A model generated the notes under the pieces. The model was not told the DNA's origin, made no database searches, and was given only the letters and a program-made list of their open reading frames with translations. From positions 276,589 to 340,588 of the forward strand of contig JACRNL010000010.1 in assembly GCA_016234935.1 (NCBI GenBank): a stretch of 64,000 nt of DNA, in the 5' to 3' direction. Both the position numbers and the translations under genes were made by a program. This stretch comes from Deltaproteobacteria bacterium. GTDB taxonomy: Bacteria > Desulfobacterota > GWC2-55-46. Below, in pieces: positions 46,457 to 57,083 of this stretch; the stretch's first letter is position 1; the number at the start of each line of letters is the position of its first letter.

Positions 46457-47875
46457 CTACTTGAAAAGCGCAAGCTGCGGCGCGCCCGCGGCTGAGGACG
46501 CATCCACAGGGTAATTCCCGGTGAAGCACGCGTCGCAAAAGGTCCTGCCTCCGTCTTCGCCCACTGCGCGGTAGAGCCCTTCGATGCTGAGATACCCAAG
46601 CGTGTCGGACGTCACGAACTCGCGGATCTCCTCAAGCGTGTGTTTCGCCGCGATAAGCTCCTCTCTCCTCGGGGTGTCTATGCCGTAAAAGCACGGACAG
46701 ACGGTCGGGGGGGAGCTTATGCGCAGGTGCAGCTCCTTGGCCCCGGCGCTGCGTATCATTTTTATTATCTTCCTGCTCGTCGTGCCGCGCACGACGGAAT
46801 CATCCACCACCACGACACGCCTGCCTCGAATGACGTCCTTGACGGCGTTCAGCTTTATCTTGACGCCGAAGTGGCGGATGGAATCTTTCGGCTCGATGAA
46901 CGTCCTGCCGACGTAATGATTCCTGACAAGGCCCAGCTCGAACGGCAGGCCGGACTCCTCCGCGTAGCCTATGGCGGCGGGCACGCCGGAATCAGGCACG
47001 GGTATGACGATGTCGGCTCGAACGCCATGCTCCCTTGCCAGCATGGCGCCGAGCTTTTTCCTGATATTATAGACGTTAGCGCCGAATATCGTGGAATCGG
47101 GCCTTGCGAAATAAATGAACTCAAAAACGCAGGGCGTGTAAGGCTGGGACGCAAACGGCTTGTAAGACGCCATGCCGTCCTTGTTGATGACGACTATCTC
47201 GCCGGGTTCTATCTCCCTGACGTATTCAGCCTCGATAAGGTCGAACGCGCAGGTCTCTGAAGCCGCCACCCACGCGCCCTTGTGGCGGCCAAGGCACAAG
47301 GGCCTGAAGCCGCTTGGGTCGCGCGCCGCGACCATCGTATCTTCCGTCAGGAATAAGAGCGAATACGACCCCTTCAAGCGCCTGAGCGCGTAAGTTATCC
47401 TGTCAAGGAGGGACCTGTCCTTGCACGAGGCAATCAGATGAACGATGACCTCCGTGTCCATGCTCGATTGAAAAAGCGCGCCGTACGCCTCGAACTCGGC
47501 GCGCAGCAGCTGAGCGTTCACGATGTTGCCGTTGTGCGCCACCGCGATGTTGCCGCGCGAGTATTCTATGACAAAGGGCTGTGCGTTCCTTATGTGGGAT
47601 TCGCCTGTGGTCGAATACCTTACGTGCCCGATGGCCGCGGAGCCGGGAAGCCTGTGTATGTAATCCTCTGAAAACACGTCGGCGACGATGCCCATGCCCT
47701 TGTGCGAATAAAGCCGGCTCCCGTCGGAGGAGACTATCCCCGCGCTCTCCTGCCCTCTGTGCTGAAGGGCGTAAAGGCCGAGATAGGCCATGTTCGCGGC
47801 CTCGGGGTTGCCGAATATCCCGAATACGCCGCACTCATCGTTGAAACGGTCGTCTTTAAAATGAGAATCTATCAT
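46457..47875 (-). CDS. purF: amidophosphoribosyltransferase (B. subtilis type, with propeptide)
   Basis: MIDSHFKDDRFNDECGVFGIFG… leads into the Ntn Cys. PRTase motif present. Confidence 0.95.
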   Translation of the reverse strand: MIDSHFKDDRFNDECGVFGIFGNPEAANMAYLGLYALQHRGQESAGIVSSDGSRLYSHKGMGIVADVFSEDYIHRLPGSAAIGHVRYSTTGESHIRNAQPFVIEYSRGNIAVAHNGNIVNAQLLRAEFEAYGALFQSSMDTEVIVHLIASCKDRSLLDRITYALRRLKGSYSLLFLTEDTMVAARDPSGFRPLCLGRHKGAWVAASETCAFDLIEAEYVREIEPGEIVVINKDGMASYKPFASQPYTPCVFEFIYFARPDSTIFGANVYNIRKKLGAMLAREHGVRADIVIPVPDSGVPAAIGYAEESGLPFELGLVRNHYVGRTFIEPKDSIRHFGVKIKLNAVKDVIRGRRVVVVDDSVVRGTTSRKIIKMIRSAGAKELHLRISSPPTVCPCFYGIDTPRREELIAAKHTLEEIREFVTSDTLGYLSIEGLYRAVGEDGGRTFCDACFTGNYPVDASSAAGAPQLALFK

Positions 47876-47884
47876 GATATTTGC

Positions 47885-50113
47885 CTATAACCCCGCATGT
47901 AACATCCTCTCAAGCGAGCCGCTCCATGCGTCCTTCAACCTTTCCACATCCATTTCGATGAACTTCCATTTTCTGAGGTTCCATACCCTTAAACAGGGGG
48001 TAGACGTGACCGCTCCAATGGCCTTCGCCGGCGCGCCCGCCTTCACGCATATATCCCGAAGCCGCGCGATATCGCCCATCCTGAGGCTTACGATTATCCT
48101 CGACTGGGCCTCGCCGAAAAGGGCCTCGTCTATCCGCAGCCCCTGAATGTCCACGTCAAGCTCGGCCCCCAAAAGGCCGTCCGGGTTAAAACAGGCCTCG
48201 GCAACGGCAACGGCAAGTCCGCCTTCGGAGACGTCATGCGCGCTTCTTATTATACCAGCCTTAATGGCGGTTAAACAAGCCTCTTGAACGCTTTTTTCTC
48301 TCTTTAAATCGAGGCGCGGAGGAAGCCCCTTTTCAAGGCCGTGGATTGTCTTCAAATATTCGCTCCCTCCCAAACCCTCCCCTCCGGTTCCGATGAGGTA
48401 AATCACGTCCTTGGCCTCTTTAAACCACTGTGTCTGGTGGTGTTTGATGTCGTCTATCAGCCCGACCATGCCGATGGCAGGCGTCGGGTGGATGGCCTTG
48501 CCTGAGGTCTCGTTGTAAAGGCTTACGTTGCCGCCTATGACCGGGATGCCCAGTTCAAGGCAGGCCTCCCTTATGCCCATGACGGCCTCCTTGAACTGCC
48601 ACATGACCTCCGGCCTTTCGGGCGAGCCGAAATTAAGGCAGTCCGTGAGGGCAAGCGGGCGCGCGCCGCTTGCGGCGAGGTTTCTCGCGGCCTCTGCCAC
48701 GGCAATGGCACCGCCGGTAAAAGGATCAAGAAAGCAGTAGGTCGGGTTGCAGTCCACGGTCATAGCAAGCCCCGTGTCCGTGCCCTTTAACCTTATGACC
48801 GCCGCGTCGGAGCCCGGACAAACGACCGTGTCCGTCCGCACCATGTGGTCATATTGCGTATAGATGAACTCCTTGCTGGCGATGTTGCCGGAGGAGATCA
48901 GCTTTAAAAGAACATCGTTGTAATCCCTTGGCAGGGGGACGTCCTTCATGTTTAAACTGTTGACGCCGTCCTGCCAGTCCGGCCTCTGCATCGGCCTTTC
49001 GTAGACCGGCGCGTCGTCGGTGAGGGCGGCCACCGGTATCTCGGCGGCCAGCTTGCCGCCTTCCAATATCCGCACCTTTTTCCCGTCTATGACCCTGCCG
49101 ATTACTTGGACGTCGAGATCCCACTTCCTGAATATCTTTGCCACGTCTTCCTCGGCGCCCTTCCTTGCGACCAGGAGCATCCTTTCCTGCGATTCAGACA
49201 GCATCACTTCGTATCCGCTCATGCCGTCCTCGCGCCTCGGCACGAGGTCAACGTCTATCTCTATGCCTGTCCCTCCCCTTCCGGCCATCTCAACGCTTGA
49301 TGAAGTCAGCCCGGCCGCGCCCATGTCCTGAATGCCGACTACATAGTCGGTCTTGAAAAGCTCAAGGCACGCCTCAAGGAGGAGCTTTTCGGCGAACGGA
49401 TCGCCGACCTGCACGGTCGGACGCCTTTCCTCGCCGCCCTCGCCGAATACGTCGGAGGCCATTGTCGCGCCGTGTATGCCGTCGCGTCCGGTCTTTGAGC
49501 CGACGTAGATGACGGGGTTGCCGATGCCAGAGGCGTTGCCCTTGAATATCCTGTCCTTCTTGACGATGCCCACCGTCATGGCGTTAACGAGGCAATTGCC
49601 GTTGTAGCAGTCGTTGAAATAAACCTCGCCGCCTACCGTCGGCACGCCCATGCAGTTGCCGTAGCCCGCTATCCCCGCGGCCACGCCCTGGACGAGAAAG
49701 GCGGTCTTGGGGTTATCAAGCGAACCGAAACGGAGCGAATTCAGGTTGGCAACGGGCCTTGCGCCCATTGTAAAGACGTCCCTCAATATGCCGCCCACGC
49801 CGGTTGCCGCGCCCTGATAAGGCTCTATGAACGACGGGTGGTTGTGGCTTTCCATCTTGAAGACGACCGCGAGGCCGCCGCCTATGTCAACGACGCCGGC
49901 ATTCTCGCCGGGCCCCTGCAGGACGGCCGGGCCTTTGGTGGGAAAGTTCCTGAGGTGCACCCTTGAGGACTTATACGAGCAGTGCTCGCTCCACATGACG
50001 GAAAATATGCCAAGCTCTAGGAGGTTCGGCTCCCGGCCGAGCATGTCGACAATCCTTGAGAATTCTCCCTTCGCAAGGCCATGCTCTTTTATTACGGCAT
50101 CTGTTATCTTCAT
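47885..50113 (-). CDS. purL: phosphoribosylformylglycinamidine synthase subunit II
   Basis: 742 aa with duplicated PurM-like domains. Confidence 0.95.
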   Translation of the reverse strand: MKITDAVIKEHGLAKGEFSRIVDMLGREPNLLELGIFSVMWSEHCSYKSSRVHLRNFPTKGPAVLQGPGENAGVVDIGGGLAVVFKMESHNHPSFIEPYQGAATGVGGILRDVFTMGARPVANLNSLRFGSLDNPKTAFLVQGVAAGIAGYGNCMGVPTVGGEVYFNDCYNGNCLVNAMTVGIVKKDRIFKGNASGIGNPVIYVGSKTGRDGIHGATMASDVFGEGGEERRPTVQVGDPFAEKLLLEACLELFKTDYVVGIQDMGAAGLTSSSVEMAGRGGTGIEIDVDLVPRREDGMSGYEVMLSESQERMLLVARKGAEEDVAKIFRKWDLDVQVIGRVIDGKKVRILEGGKLAAEIPVAALTDDAPVYERPMQRPDWQDGVNSLNMKDVPLPRDYNDVLLKLISSGNIASKEFIYTQYDHMVRTDTVVCPGSDAAVIRLKGTDTGLAMTVDCNPTYCFLDPFTGGAIAVAEAARNLAASGARPLALTDCLNFGSPERPEVMWQFKEAVMGIREACLELGIPVIGGNVSLYNETSGKAIHPTPAIGMVGLIDDIKHHQTQWFKEAKDVIYLIGTGGEGLGGSEYLKTIHGLEKGLPPRLDLKREKSVQEACLTAIKAGIIRSAHDVSEGGLAVAVAEACFNPDGLLGAELDVDIQGLRIDEALFGEAQSRIIVSLRMGDIARLRDICVKAGAPAKAIGAVTSTPCLRVWNLRKWKFIEMDVERLKDAWSGSLERMLHAGL

Positions 50114-50158
50114 ATTCGCGGGTTGACCTTTCTTCCTAATAGATTCAGGCTGCCGGCA

Positions 50159-50638
50159 TTAACGGCGCGTATTTTTGGGTATGTATCCAAGCTCCCTGAG
50201 CGCCTTCCTTGCCTTTCTGATGATATCCTTTTCGTCGTCAAACTTCATCAACTTTATTGCTTCGTTAATGGGAAACCACCGGCAGTCTGTCACCTCTTCG
50301 TCGTGGTGCCTGACGTCGCCTCCGGTGTATTCCATAAGGAAGAAATAGACTATCTTAAAAACCCTCTTAAACCCTTGCAGGGTGTCACACCCTTCATCCT
50401 CGCGGAGCTGAAAAAAATAACCGACGCGGCCGAGCATCTTCAATATCTTTCCGTCAAGGCCGGTCTCCTCCCTGACCTCCCTGTAGGCAGTCCTGGCGAT
50501 GCCCTCTCCCTTTTCAACAAGCCCCTTTGGAAGGCCCCACCTTTTGCCCGGGCTGACTGAGATGAGCGCAACCTCGGCGCCGCCGCCGGCTATTCTGAAA
50601 ATAACGCCGCCGGCGGAGACCATGCGCCCGGCCGTCAT
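50159..50638 (-). CDS. NUDIX hydrolase
   Basis: Nudix box GLPKGLVEKGEGIARTAYREVREETG. Confidence 0.8.
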   Translation of the reverse strand: MTAGRMVSAGGVIFRIAGGGAEVALISVSPGKRWGLPKGLVEKGEGIARTAYREVREETGLDGKILKMLGRVGYFFQLREDEGCDTLQGFKRVFKIVYFFLMEYTGGDVRHHDEEVTDCRWFPINEAIKLMKFDDEKDIIRKARKALRELGYIPKNTRR

Positions 50639-51006
50639 TGCCGCTTTTCATGCCCGCTCGCGCATTTAACGCAAAACAGGGCGAACGGCACGGCCTTCAG
50701 CCGCTCTTCGTCTATATGTTCCTCACACTCGGAGCACATGCCGTATGTCCCCTCATCGAGCTTAAGGAGCGCCTCGTCCAGTTCTTCAAGCTCTTTACGC
50801 CTGATATCCGCCACGGCTATGCCCGTGTCCTCTATGACGTCCATGAGGGACAGGTCCTCGATGTCGTGCGGTATCTCGAACTGTTCGCTGTAATCCCTGC
50901 CGAGCTTTCTGAAAAGCTCGTCACGCAGGTCGGTCCACATCTTCCGCTTCATGTCTAAAAGCATCTTCTTGAGTCTTGTAGAACGCTGCAGCTTTTCGGT
51001 CATCAA
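50635..51006 (-). CDS. DksA/TraR-family C4 zinc-finger protein
   Basis: C-terminal CSECEEHIDEERL…CVKC four-Cys finger. Overlaps the NUDIX start by 4 nt. Confidence 0.8.
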   Translation of the reverse strand: MMTEKLQRSTRLKKMLLDMKRKMWTDLRDELFRKLGRDYSEQFEIPHDIEDLSLMDVIEDTGIAVADIRRKELEELDEALLKLDEGTYGMCSECEEHIDEERLKAVPFALFCVKCASGHEKRQ

Positions 51007-51075
51007 AAACCTCCTTGCCGGTTATCAGTTATCCGTTATATGTATCGGCAAAAACACCGTTCAAACAACGCCTTT

Positions 51076-52284
51076 TCAGCAGACAGGGTGCTCTCCCCTT
51101 GAAAGCTCGCCTGTGAACGCGCCGAGGCCGGACATGAACTCTTCAATTATCAATGCAACGGCTTTGCCGGCGGTCTTTTTGTTAAAACGCCTTCCCTGTA
51201 TTATCTTTACATATATCCTCTTTGGCCTGTCAATGGGCGAGCCTATCTGGCTTAAAAGCCACACATAAACTTCCCTTATGCCGTCTACGCGCTCATAGAG
51301 CTCCGCCGCCATGCGGTGAGAAAGGACTGTGTAAATCTTGCCCACGTGGCTGACCGGGTTTTTTCCTGCGGCCGCCTCCGTGCCCATGGGCCTGTTAAGG
51401 GAGATGACGCCGTTCACCCTGTTTCCCCTGCCGACCTCGCCGGAATCAGCGTCCTCGGCGGACGTGCCTGTCAGCGTCAGATAGACCCCGCTTGCGCCGA
51501 TTCCTTTTTTGTCAAGGGCATTGAAATTAACCGTGACCTTTTTGAAAGGCGTCTCATTAAGGAACACGGCAAGCGCGGATTTTACGGCGGCCTTTCTTTG
51601 AAAATATTCCTTCTCATTCCTTACAAGAGACGCGTAAAGAGGGCAGGCGACGGTTATGTCAAGGCCCTTGCCTGTCCGTATGCCCATCACCTTCACGTCC
51701 TCCCCGCTTTCAGGGAAGCGGAGCTTGAAGGCCGGGGAGTTCAAAAACCTTTCCGTTTCAAAGACCGTCTTTTCAGTTGTGGTAAGCGGGGCATAACCCA
51801 CAGACGCCGACGTGTCGTTCGCGCCAAGGAGTCTGCCTTTCCTGTTGAATATCGCCGTAAGCTCCGCGGAGCCGGGCGCAAGGGCGATGCGCGTTCTTAA
51901 ACTTTTATCTATGTCAACGTGCCGGAGATTTTCCTTGAACCAGCCGCCAACGGCGTCGTTGACTATCTCCTCAACGGGTATTTTTACCCTGCCGGCCTTG
52001 AAAACAGCCCTGTCGCCGATGGTGAACTCCATTGGCCTTACCACCCTGCCGCCGCCGAAACCTTTTTTCACGGATCCGGCTGATAAAAGCCCCTTGTCTA
52101 TGTTGTGGTGCAGGACGCGCCCGAACCTCTTTATGTATTCCCTGCTCAGGGCAACGGAAATCCTGTCCGTCACCGCGTCACAGATATAGTCCGGGTGGCC
52201 GACGCCCTTTCTCTCGACTATCTCGACCGCGCAGTCGCTGATTGGAAGGTCATTTACAACTTCTATCGTCAGCCTTTGCGCCAT
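51076..52284 (-). CDS. archaeal-type S-adenosylmethionine synthetase (MAT, PF01941)
   Basis: ERKGVGHPDYICDAV…ANDTSASVGYAPLTTTEKTVFETERFLNS…YLTLTGTSAEDADSGEVGRGNRVNGVISLNRPMGTEAAAGKNPVSHVGKIY aligns block-for-block with M. jannaschii MAT as I recall it. Start at MAQRL with an AGAAGG RBS contributed by the MITE E flank. Confidence 0.85.
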   Translation of the reverse strand: MAQRLTIEVVNDLPISDCAVEIVERKGVGHPDYICDAVTDRISVALSREYIKRFGRVLHHNIDKGLLSAGSVKKGFGGGRVVRPMEFTIGDRAVFKAGRVKIPVEEIVNDAVGGWFKENLRHVDIDKSLRTRIALAPGSAELTAIFNRKGRLLGANDTSASVGYAPLTTTEKTVFETERFLNSPAFKLRFPESGEDVKVMGIRTGKGLDITVACPLYASLVRNEKEYFQRKAAVKSALAVFLNETPFKKVTVNFNALDKKGIGASGVYLTLTGTSAEDADSGEVGRGNRVNGVISLNRPMGTEAAAGKNPVSHVGKIYTVLSHRMAAELYERVDGIREVYVWLLSQIGSPIDRPKRIYVKIIQGRRFNKKTAGKAVALIIEEFMSGLGAFTGELSRGEHPVC

Positions 52285-52298
52285 TAGCCGCCTTCTTA

Positions 52299-52433
52299 GC
52301 AGACTGCTGAAAAAGCCCCATCTACCGCGTTGTCTTCGTCGTTCGTCACTGCGGCGCACCCAAAAGTGCGCCTCACTCCTCACTCCTCGACGCCTTGTGT
52401 CTGGGGCTTTTTGAGCAGCCTGCCGGTTTCAGC
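52299..52433 (-). mobile_element. MITE-like TIR element, copy E (inverted orientation)
   Basis: The reverse complement matches the consensus, with hairpin GGCGCACttttggGTGCGCC. Lies between the MAT start and the queH 3' end. Confidence 0.6.
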
Positions 52434-52999
52434 AACCTCTTAGAGTATCTTTCTATTTTACTGTAAATACAGCCGCAATACTTCTGCCTGTAAAGCCCCA
52501 TCTCCTTTGACGCGTCTATGCCTGCCTGCCAACCGCCGCGGTAGTCCGCGTAGAAAAAAGGAATGCCATACTTCCGGGAAAGTGTAAGCCCAATGGCCTT
52601 TATCCCGTCATGGTTCTGGTATCTGCTGTATAAAAGGGAAGAAGAAAAACCGTCAAAACCGTTTGCGAGGGCCGTCTTCGCGGTCTCCTCAAGCCTTGAT
52701 GAGTAGCAATAGCCGCAGCGGCCGTCTTTCTCGGGAAGGCCTTTTTTTCCGCTAAATTTTGCGGCTTCCTTAACGCCTTTTATAAAGGCCGTCGGCCTAT
52801 ACACCTCGTCGAATATGACGTTTACGCCAAGAAGCGCAGCGAGCCTTTTTGCCGCATCAAGCCTTTTTTTGAATTCGGAAAACGGATGGATGTTCGGATT
52901 ATGAAAAAACCCCCAGACGTCAGGCCGAGAGGCGCCGTGGCCGTGGCCGAGCATGGCCTTAATCGGAATGATGGAACACGGCCCGCAGCACATATGCAC
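52373..52999 (-). CDS. queH: epoxyqueuosine reductase QueH (DUF208)
   Basis: …LVHMCCGPCS…FFHNPNIHPFSEF…LYRQKYCGCIYS… are QueH motifs. Start uncertain (GTG/ATG near HMCC), since the upstream ORF-track residues lie in a REP repeat. The last ~20 codons and the stop lie inside MITE copy E. Confidence 0.7.
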   Translation of the reverse strand: MHMCCGPCSIIPIKAMLGHGHGASRPDVWGFFHNPNIHPFSEFKKRLDAAKRLAALLGVNVIFDEVYRPTAFIKGVKEAAKFSGKKGLPEKDGRCGYCYSSRLEETAKTALANGFDGFSSSLLYSRYQNHDGIKAIGLTLSRKYGIPFFYADYRGGWQAGIDASKEMGLYRQKYCGCIYSKIERYSKRLLKPAGCSKSPRHKASRSEE

Positions 53000-53019
53000 A
53001 AGGACGCGGCCCGCCCCCG

Positions 53020-53095
53020 CTTCAGCCTGCCCTCGCGTGTTTTTAGCGGGGGACACGCGAGGGTTGAACCCTTTCAAAGGGCAGGCAAAGACGAC
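53020..53095. repeat. REP-like units (GCCTGCCCTCGCGTG…AGCGGGGGACACGCGAGGGTTGAACCCTTTCAAAGGGCAGGC)
   Basis: Same palindrome family as at 975-1040, 17775-17830, 30905-31015, 31860-31925 and 43335-43385. Confidence 0.55.
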
Positions 53096-53401
53096 TCCGC
53101 CCGTGTTATCCGCGTTGGCCGGTCCTGACAGCGGCGTTATTATGGAAAGGTCTTTATTCACCGTAAAAACGCACCCGTAAAACGACGGCACGCATGTATT
53201 AACATTAGCTCAGAAATCCGTGATTGTATAGCCACATCCGGTAAAAGCAACTTAAAATTTTTAACGGGAAGATTCCAGCCTGACAAGCCGTTTATGGTTT
53301 ATCGTCCCCGTAGTGCGACACTTCAGTGTCGCCTTGTCGTTGAAACAACAGCTCGGTAGAAGCCTCGCACTACAATCTTTCTAATAACCGGCAAGCCGCC
53401 T

Positions 53402-54433
53402 TCAAAACATCTTTTCCTGTTTGTCGTCGGCTTCTCTTTCCTTGAACAGCCTGCCGGTATACTCATAGGCGGCCTTTGTGGCGACGCGCCCCCTTGGGGT
53501 TCGGTTTAAAAAACCTTCCTGTATGAGATACGGCTCGTAGAGGTCTTCGATGGCGTCCCTTTCTTCGTGAAGGGCCGAGGCAATGGCCTCTATTCCGACC
53601 GGGCCGCCGCTGAATTTGTCTATTATCGTCGTCAGTATGCGCCTGTCCATCTTATCAAAGCCCCTTGCGTCTATCTCAAGCATGGTCAGGGCTTTTGAGG
53701 CGACCTCTTTGGTGATAACGCCCTCTGCCTTGACCTCGGCAAAGTCGCGCACCCTCCTTAAAAGGCGGTTTGCCACGCGGGGCGTGCCGCGCGACCTTCC
53801 GGCAACCTCGGCCGCGCCGTCGCCGGTTATCTCTATGCCGAGGATGGACGCTGACCTCTTGACAACGATAGTAACCTCTTCAGGCGTATAAAAGTCAAAG
53901 CGCAGTATTACGCCGAAACGGTCTCTAAGCGGCGACGTTAGAAGGCCCGCCCTCGTGGTGGCTCCTATGAGGGTGAATTTGGGTATCTCAAGCCTTACAG
54001 ACCTTGCCGAAGGCCCCTGTCCGATGATGATGTCTATGTGGTAGTCTTCCATCGCCGGGTAGAGCAGTTCCTCCACCACGGTTCCGAGCCTGTGTATCTC
54101 GTCTATGAAAAGCACGTCCTTTGCCTCAAGGTTCGTAAGTATGGCGGCAAGGTCGCCTGTCTTGTCAATGGCCGGGCCTGAGGTGACGCGAATCCTGCTT
54201 GAAAGTTCCGTCGCGATGATATTGGCCATCGTGGTCTTGCCAAGCCCGGGCGGGCCGTAAAAGAGCACATGGTCAAGCGCCTCTCCCCTTGCCTTTGCGG
54301 CCTCGATGAAGACCTTGAGGTTTTCCTTCAGTTTTTCCTGCCCGATAAAGGCGTCAAGCGACGACGGTCTGAGATTATTCTCAAACCCCTCGTCCTCAGG
54401 AAGCTTCATCGGAACTATGTCGCGGTCGTCCAT
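53402..54433 (-). CDS. ruvB: Holliday junction branch migration ATPase RuvB
   Basis: Walker [10 protein letters not shown] and RuvB C-terminal motifs. Confidence 0.95.
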   Translation of the reverse strand: MDDRDIVPMKLPEDEGFENNLRPSSLDAFIGQEKLKENLKVFIEAAKARGEALDHVLFYGPPGLGKTTMANIIATELSSRIRVTSGPAIDKTGDLAAILTNLEAKDVLFIDEIHRLGTVVEELLYPAMEDYHIDIIIGQGPSARSVRLEIPKFTLIGATTRAGLLTSPLRDRFGVILRFDFYTPEEVTIVVKRSASILGIEITGDGAAEVAGRSRGTPRVANRLLRRVRDFAEVKAEGVITKEVASKALTMLEIDARGFDKMDRRILTTIIDKFSGGPVGIEAIASALHEERDAIEDLYEPYLIQEGFLNRTPRGRVATKAAYEYTGRLFKEREADDKQEKMF

Positions 54434-54446
54434 GGCAATTATCCGT

Positions 54447-55052
54447 TTATCTCTTTGACAGGAGCCTCAGCGTTTCCTTAAACAGCCGCTCAAAGGCAGC
54501 CTCCGCGCCCAATGACTCTCTTACCTTCCTGAGGGCGTCTTCTGCCTGGCCGCTCTTATAGCCAAGGTTGTCAAGGGCGGAGATAACGTCGTTGCCGACA
54601 GCGTCCTTTGAAGGCATTGCGCCCGCGGCCTTCCCATAGGCGGCGGCAAGCTCCCTGACCTTGTCCTTAAGCTCAAGAATGAGCCTTTCAGCGGATTTTG
54701 CGCCTATGCCGGGTATGGCGGCAAGGCGCGCCCTGTTGCCGCCGGATATCGCGGCCACAAGGTCGGCAACGGCTATGCCGGAGAGGATGTTCCTCGCAAG
54801 CTTCGGCCCAACGCCCGTCACGCTGATAAGGAGTTTAAAGACCTGCTTTTCTTCATGCGTAAGGAAACCGTATAATTGTATCGCGTCTTCTTTTAAATGC
54901 GTATGGATGTTGAGGGCAACGATTTCAAACGGCTCAGGAAGCACATAGAAGGTGGACAGGGGGATAAAGACCTCGTAGCCTACGCCGCCGACGTCGACAA
55001 CGACCGATTCCGGGGACTTGAATATAAGTTTACCGCTGACATGGGCTATCAT
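54447..55052 (-). CDS. ruvA: Holliday junction DNA helicase RuvA
   Basis: [28 protein letters not shown]. Start at the first ATG (the ORF track begins 4 codons earlier on a non-ATG codon). Confidence 0.9.
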   Translation of the reverse strand: MIAHVSGKLIFKSPESVVVDVGGVGYEVFIPLSTFYVLPEPFEIVALNIHTHLKEDAIQLYGFLTHEEKQVFKLLISVTGVGPKLARNILSGIAVADLVAAISGGNRARLAAIPGIGAKSAERLILELKDKVRELAAAYGKAAGAMPSKDAVGNDVISALDNLGYKSGQAEDALRKVRESLGAEAAFERLFKETLRLLSKR

Positions 55053-55075
55053 ATGTCGTGCCAACCCCTGGGGTT

Positions 55076-55702
55076 TTATGCGCCGGTCTTCGTGCTGCCT
55101 GTGACATGCGCGGCCTTTTGGCCGGCGATGACCCCTTCCTTATCTCCTCCCCCGCACCACTCGCTCGTACGGCTCTTTGCGTTTAGTGATGCGTCTGTAT
55201 CGGCGAGTGGTGCGGGGTGAGGAACTCTGACGGGCCTGACATGGTGTATGTGGCAAATGGCCGCCGCAAGCGCATCCGCGGCATCAGCCCCGGCGGGCTT
55301 GCCGGTCTTCAGGAGGAGTTTGACCATCTTCTGAATCTGTCCCTTTGCCGCGTTGCCGTAGCCGGTGACGGCGAGCTTTATGGCCCTCGGCGCGTATTCA
55401 AATACCGGCAGCCCTCTTGATGCCGCCGACTGGAGGATAACGCCCCTTGCGTGGCCGAGCATTATGGCGCTTTTAGCGTTCTTTGCGAAAAAGATTGATT
55501 CAACCGCCACGGCGTCCGGCCCGCACCCTTCGATGATGCCGTCAATGGCCTCGCGTATTGCCACAAGACGGTCCGGCAGAGACATGGCCGGGTCTGTCTT
55601 TACGCATCCATCAAGCAGATGGATGAGCAAGCCGCCCTTTCCCCTGTCCACAACGCCGTATCCCGTCACCCGCGTGCCCGGGTCTATTCCAAGAACCCTC
55701 AA
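55076..55702 (-). CDS. ruvC: crossover junction endodeoxyribonuclease RuvC with a ~45-aa low-complexity C-terminal extension
   Basis: (M)RVLGIDPGTRVTGYGVV… is the RuvC N-terminus. Probable TTG start with an AAGGAGG RBS, so the start is uncertain. Confidence 0.75.
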   Translation of the reverse strand: MRVLGIDPGTRVTGYGVVDRGKGGLLIHLLDGCVKTDPAMSLPDRLVAIREAIDGIIEGCGPDAVAVESIFFAKNAKSAIMLGHARGVILQSAASRGLPVFEYAPRAIKLAVTGYGNAAKGQIQKMVKLLLKTGKPAGADAADALAAAICHIHHVRPVRVPHPAPLADTDASLNAKSRTSEWCGGGDKEGVIAGQKAAHVTGSTKTGA

Positions 55703-55751
55703 AAGGGCCTCCTTTTGTTCGTTCCCGTAGTACGACACCCCGCGCACCGCC

Positions 55752-56504
55752 CTACGCCATCCCGGCCAGTTCCTCTTGCGGCATATCGAAGTTGGCGTGC
55801 ACGGACTGCACGTCGTCAAGGTCTTCAAGCTCCTCCAGAAGGTGCAAGACCTGCTGCGCCTGCTTGCCCTCGACCCTGACGGTGTTTTTGGGTATCATCG
55901 TTATCTCGGAGCTTGCGTATTTAAGGCCTGCCGAGTCAAACGATGTTTTTACCTTATGGAAGTCCGCCGGGTCGGTGTAGACCTCAAAGACGTTGTCTTC
56001 GGCATTAGTTCTGACGTCGTCCGCTCCGGCGTTGATGGCGGCGTCCATGAGCCTGTCTTCGTTTATGGATGACACATCAAAGGTGAAAAAGCCCTTCTTC
56101 TCGAATATCCACGCCACGGAGCCGCCTGTGCCGAGGCTGCCGCCTGAGCGCGTAAAGGCAAACCTGACCTCGGAGGCTGTCCTGTTTTTATTGTCGGTCA
56201 TGTAGTTGACTATGATAGCCACTCCGCCCGGGCCGTACCCCTCATAGACGCCCTCTTCGTAGTTTACGCCCTGCAGCTCGCCCGCGCCTTTTTTTATGGC
56301 GCGTTCGATATTATCAGCCGGAAGGTTCACGGCCTTGGCGTTGTCTATCGCCGCGCGAAGCCTTGGGTTTCCGCCCGGGTCGCTTCCGCCGACCTTGGCC
56401 GCGACCATTATTTCCCTTACAAGCTTTGTAAAGACCTTTCCCTTTTTCGCGTCGGTCTTTGCCTTCTTGTGCTTTATGTTAGCCCATTTGGAATGTCCGG
56501 ACAT
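55752..56504 (-). CDS. yebC: YebC/PmpR-family transcriptional regulatory protein
   Basis: MSGHSKWANIKHKKAKTDAKKGKVFTKL…. Confidence 0.9.
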   Translation of the reverse strand: MSGHSKWANIKHKKAKTDAKKGKVFTKLVREIMVAAKVGGSDPGGNPRLRAAIDNAKAVNLPADNIERAIKKGAGELQGVNYEEGVYEGYGPGGVAIIVNYMTDNKNRTASEVRFAFTRSGGSLGTGGSVAWIFEKKGFFTFDVSSINEDRLMDAAINAGADDVRTNAEDNVFEVYTDPADFHKVKTSFDSAGLKYASSEITMIPKNTVRVEGKQAQQVLHLLEELEDLDDVQSVHANFDMPQEELAGMA

Positions 56505-56818
56505 CCTCGCCCCCTGCCGCCCCCACCCTGCCCTCCCCCGTAAAGGGGGAGGATAAATGGAAGTGACCATCTCCCGCCGCGCAACTGCCGGAAATATCAT
56601 TAATATTTCAAACATCAGATACATAACACAAAACAGGCGAATTTGCAATTTGCAAATTCGCCTGCGCAAGGTTTTCAAGACGGCTGTCAGCAAAACTCGC
56701 AAGGCGAGGCTGAAGCCTCGCACTACATTCATGGAATTGTGTCATTCCCCTTTTAAAAAAAAGCGGGGACAATTACCGCGTGTGAACATCTTCATAATTC
56801 CCTGAAGGGAATGCCGCT

Positions 56819-57025
56819 TTATTTGTTATTCGTTGTTTTTTTAATTTTATCTAATTTTTTAACTTCTCTTTTTTCAATCCCTTCATTAATCATTTTTCTT
56901 ACCAAGTAGCCAACACTTCTGTCCTCTGACTCAGCATGATATTTAAGTTTTTTATAAACTTCAGGTTCAACACGTATGCAAACTTGAGCGCTCTTTTTAT
57001 CGGTCATCGTCAAACTATAATTCAT
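56819..57025 (-). CDS. CopG/Arc/MetJ-type ribbon-helix-helix protein in an AT-rich (~30% GC) island
   Basis: MNYSLTMTDKKSAQVCIRVEPEVYKKLKYHAESEDRSVGYLVRKMINEGI… is RHH-like. GAGGAG RBS. Coding GC is far below the genome background. Confidence 0.55.
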   Translation of the reverse strand: MNYSLTMTDKKSAQVCIRVEPEVYKKLKYHAESEDRSVGYLVRKMINEGIEKREVKKLDKIKKTTNNK

Positions 57026-57054
57026 ATTTTGATGCTCCTCAATCAAAAAAATGC

Positions 57055-57083
57055 TTGACATTGCGTTGCAATGCAATTATAAT
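57055..57083 (+). promoter_or_regulatory. perfect sigma70 consensus promoter TTGACA-N17-TATAAT, divergent from the RHH gene; spacer contains TTGCAA/ATTGCAAT palindromes
   Basis: Sequence ttgacattgcgttgcaatgcaattataat. No convincing ORF downstream (the 36-codon MRINPETL… ORF lacks an RBS). Would read antisense into the 3' end of the sigma54-regulator gene. Confidence 0.5.
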
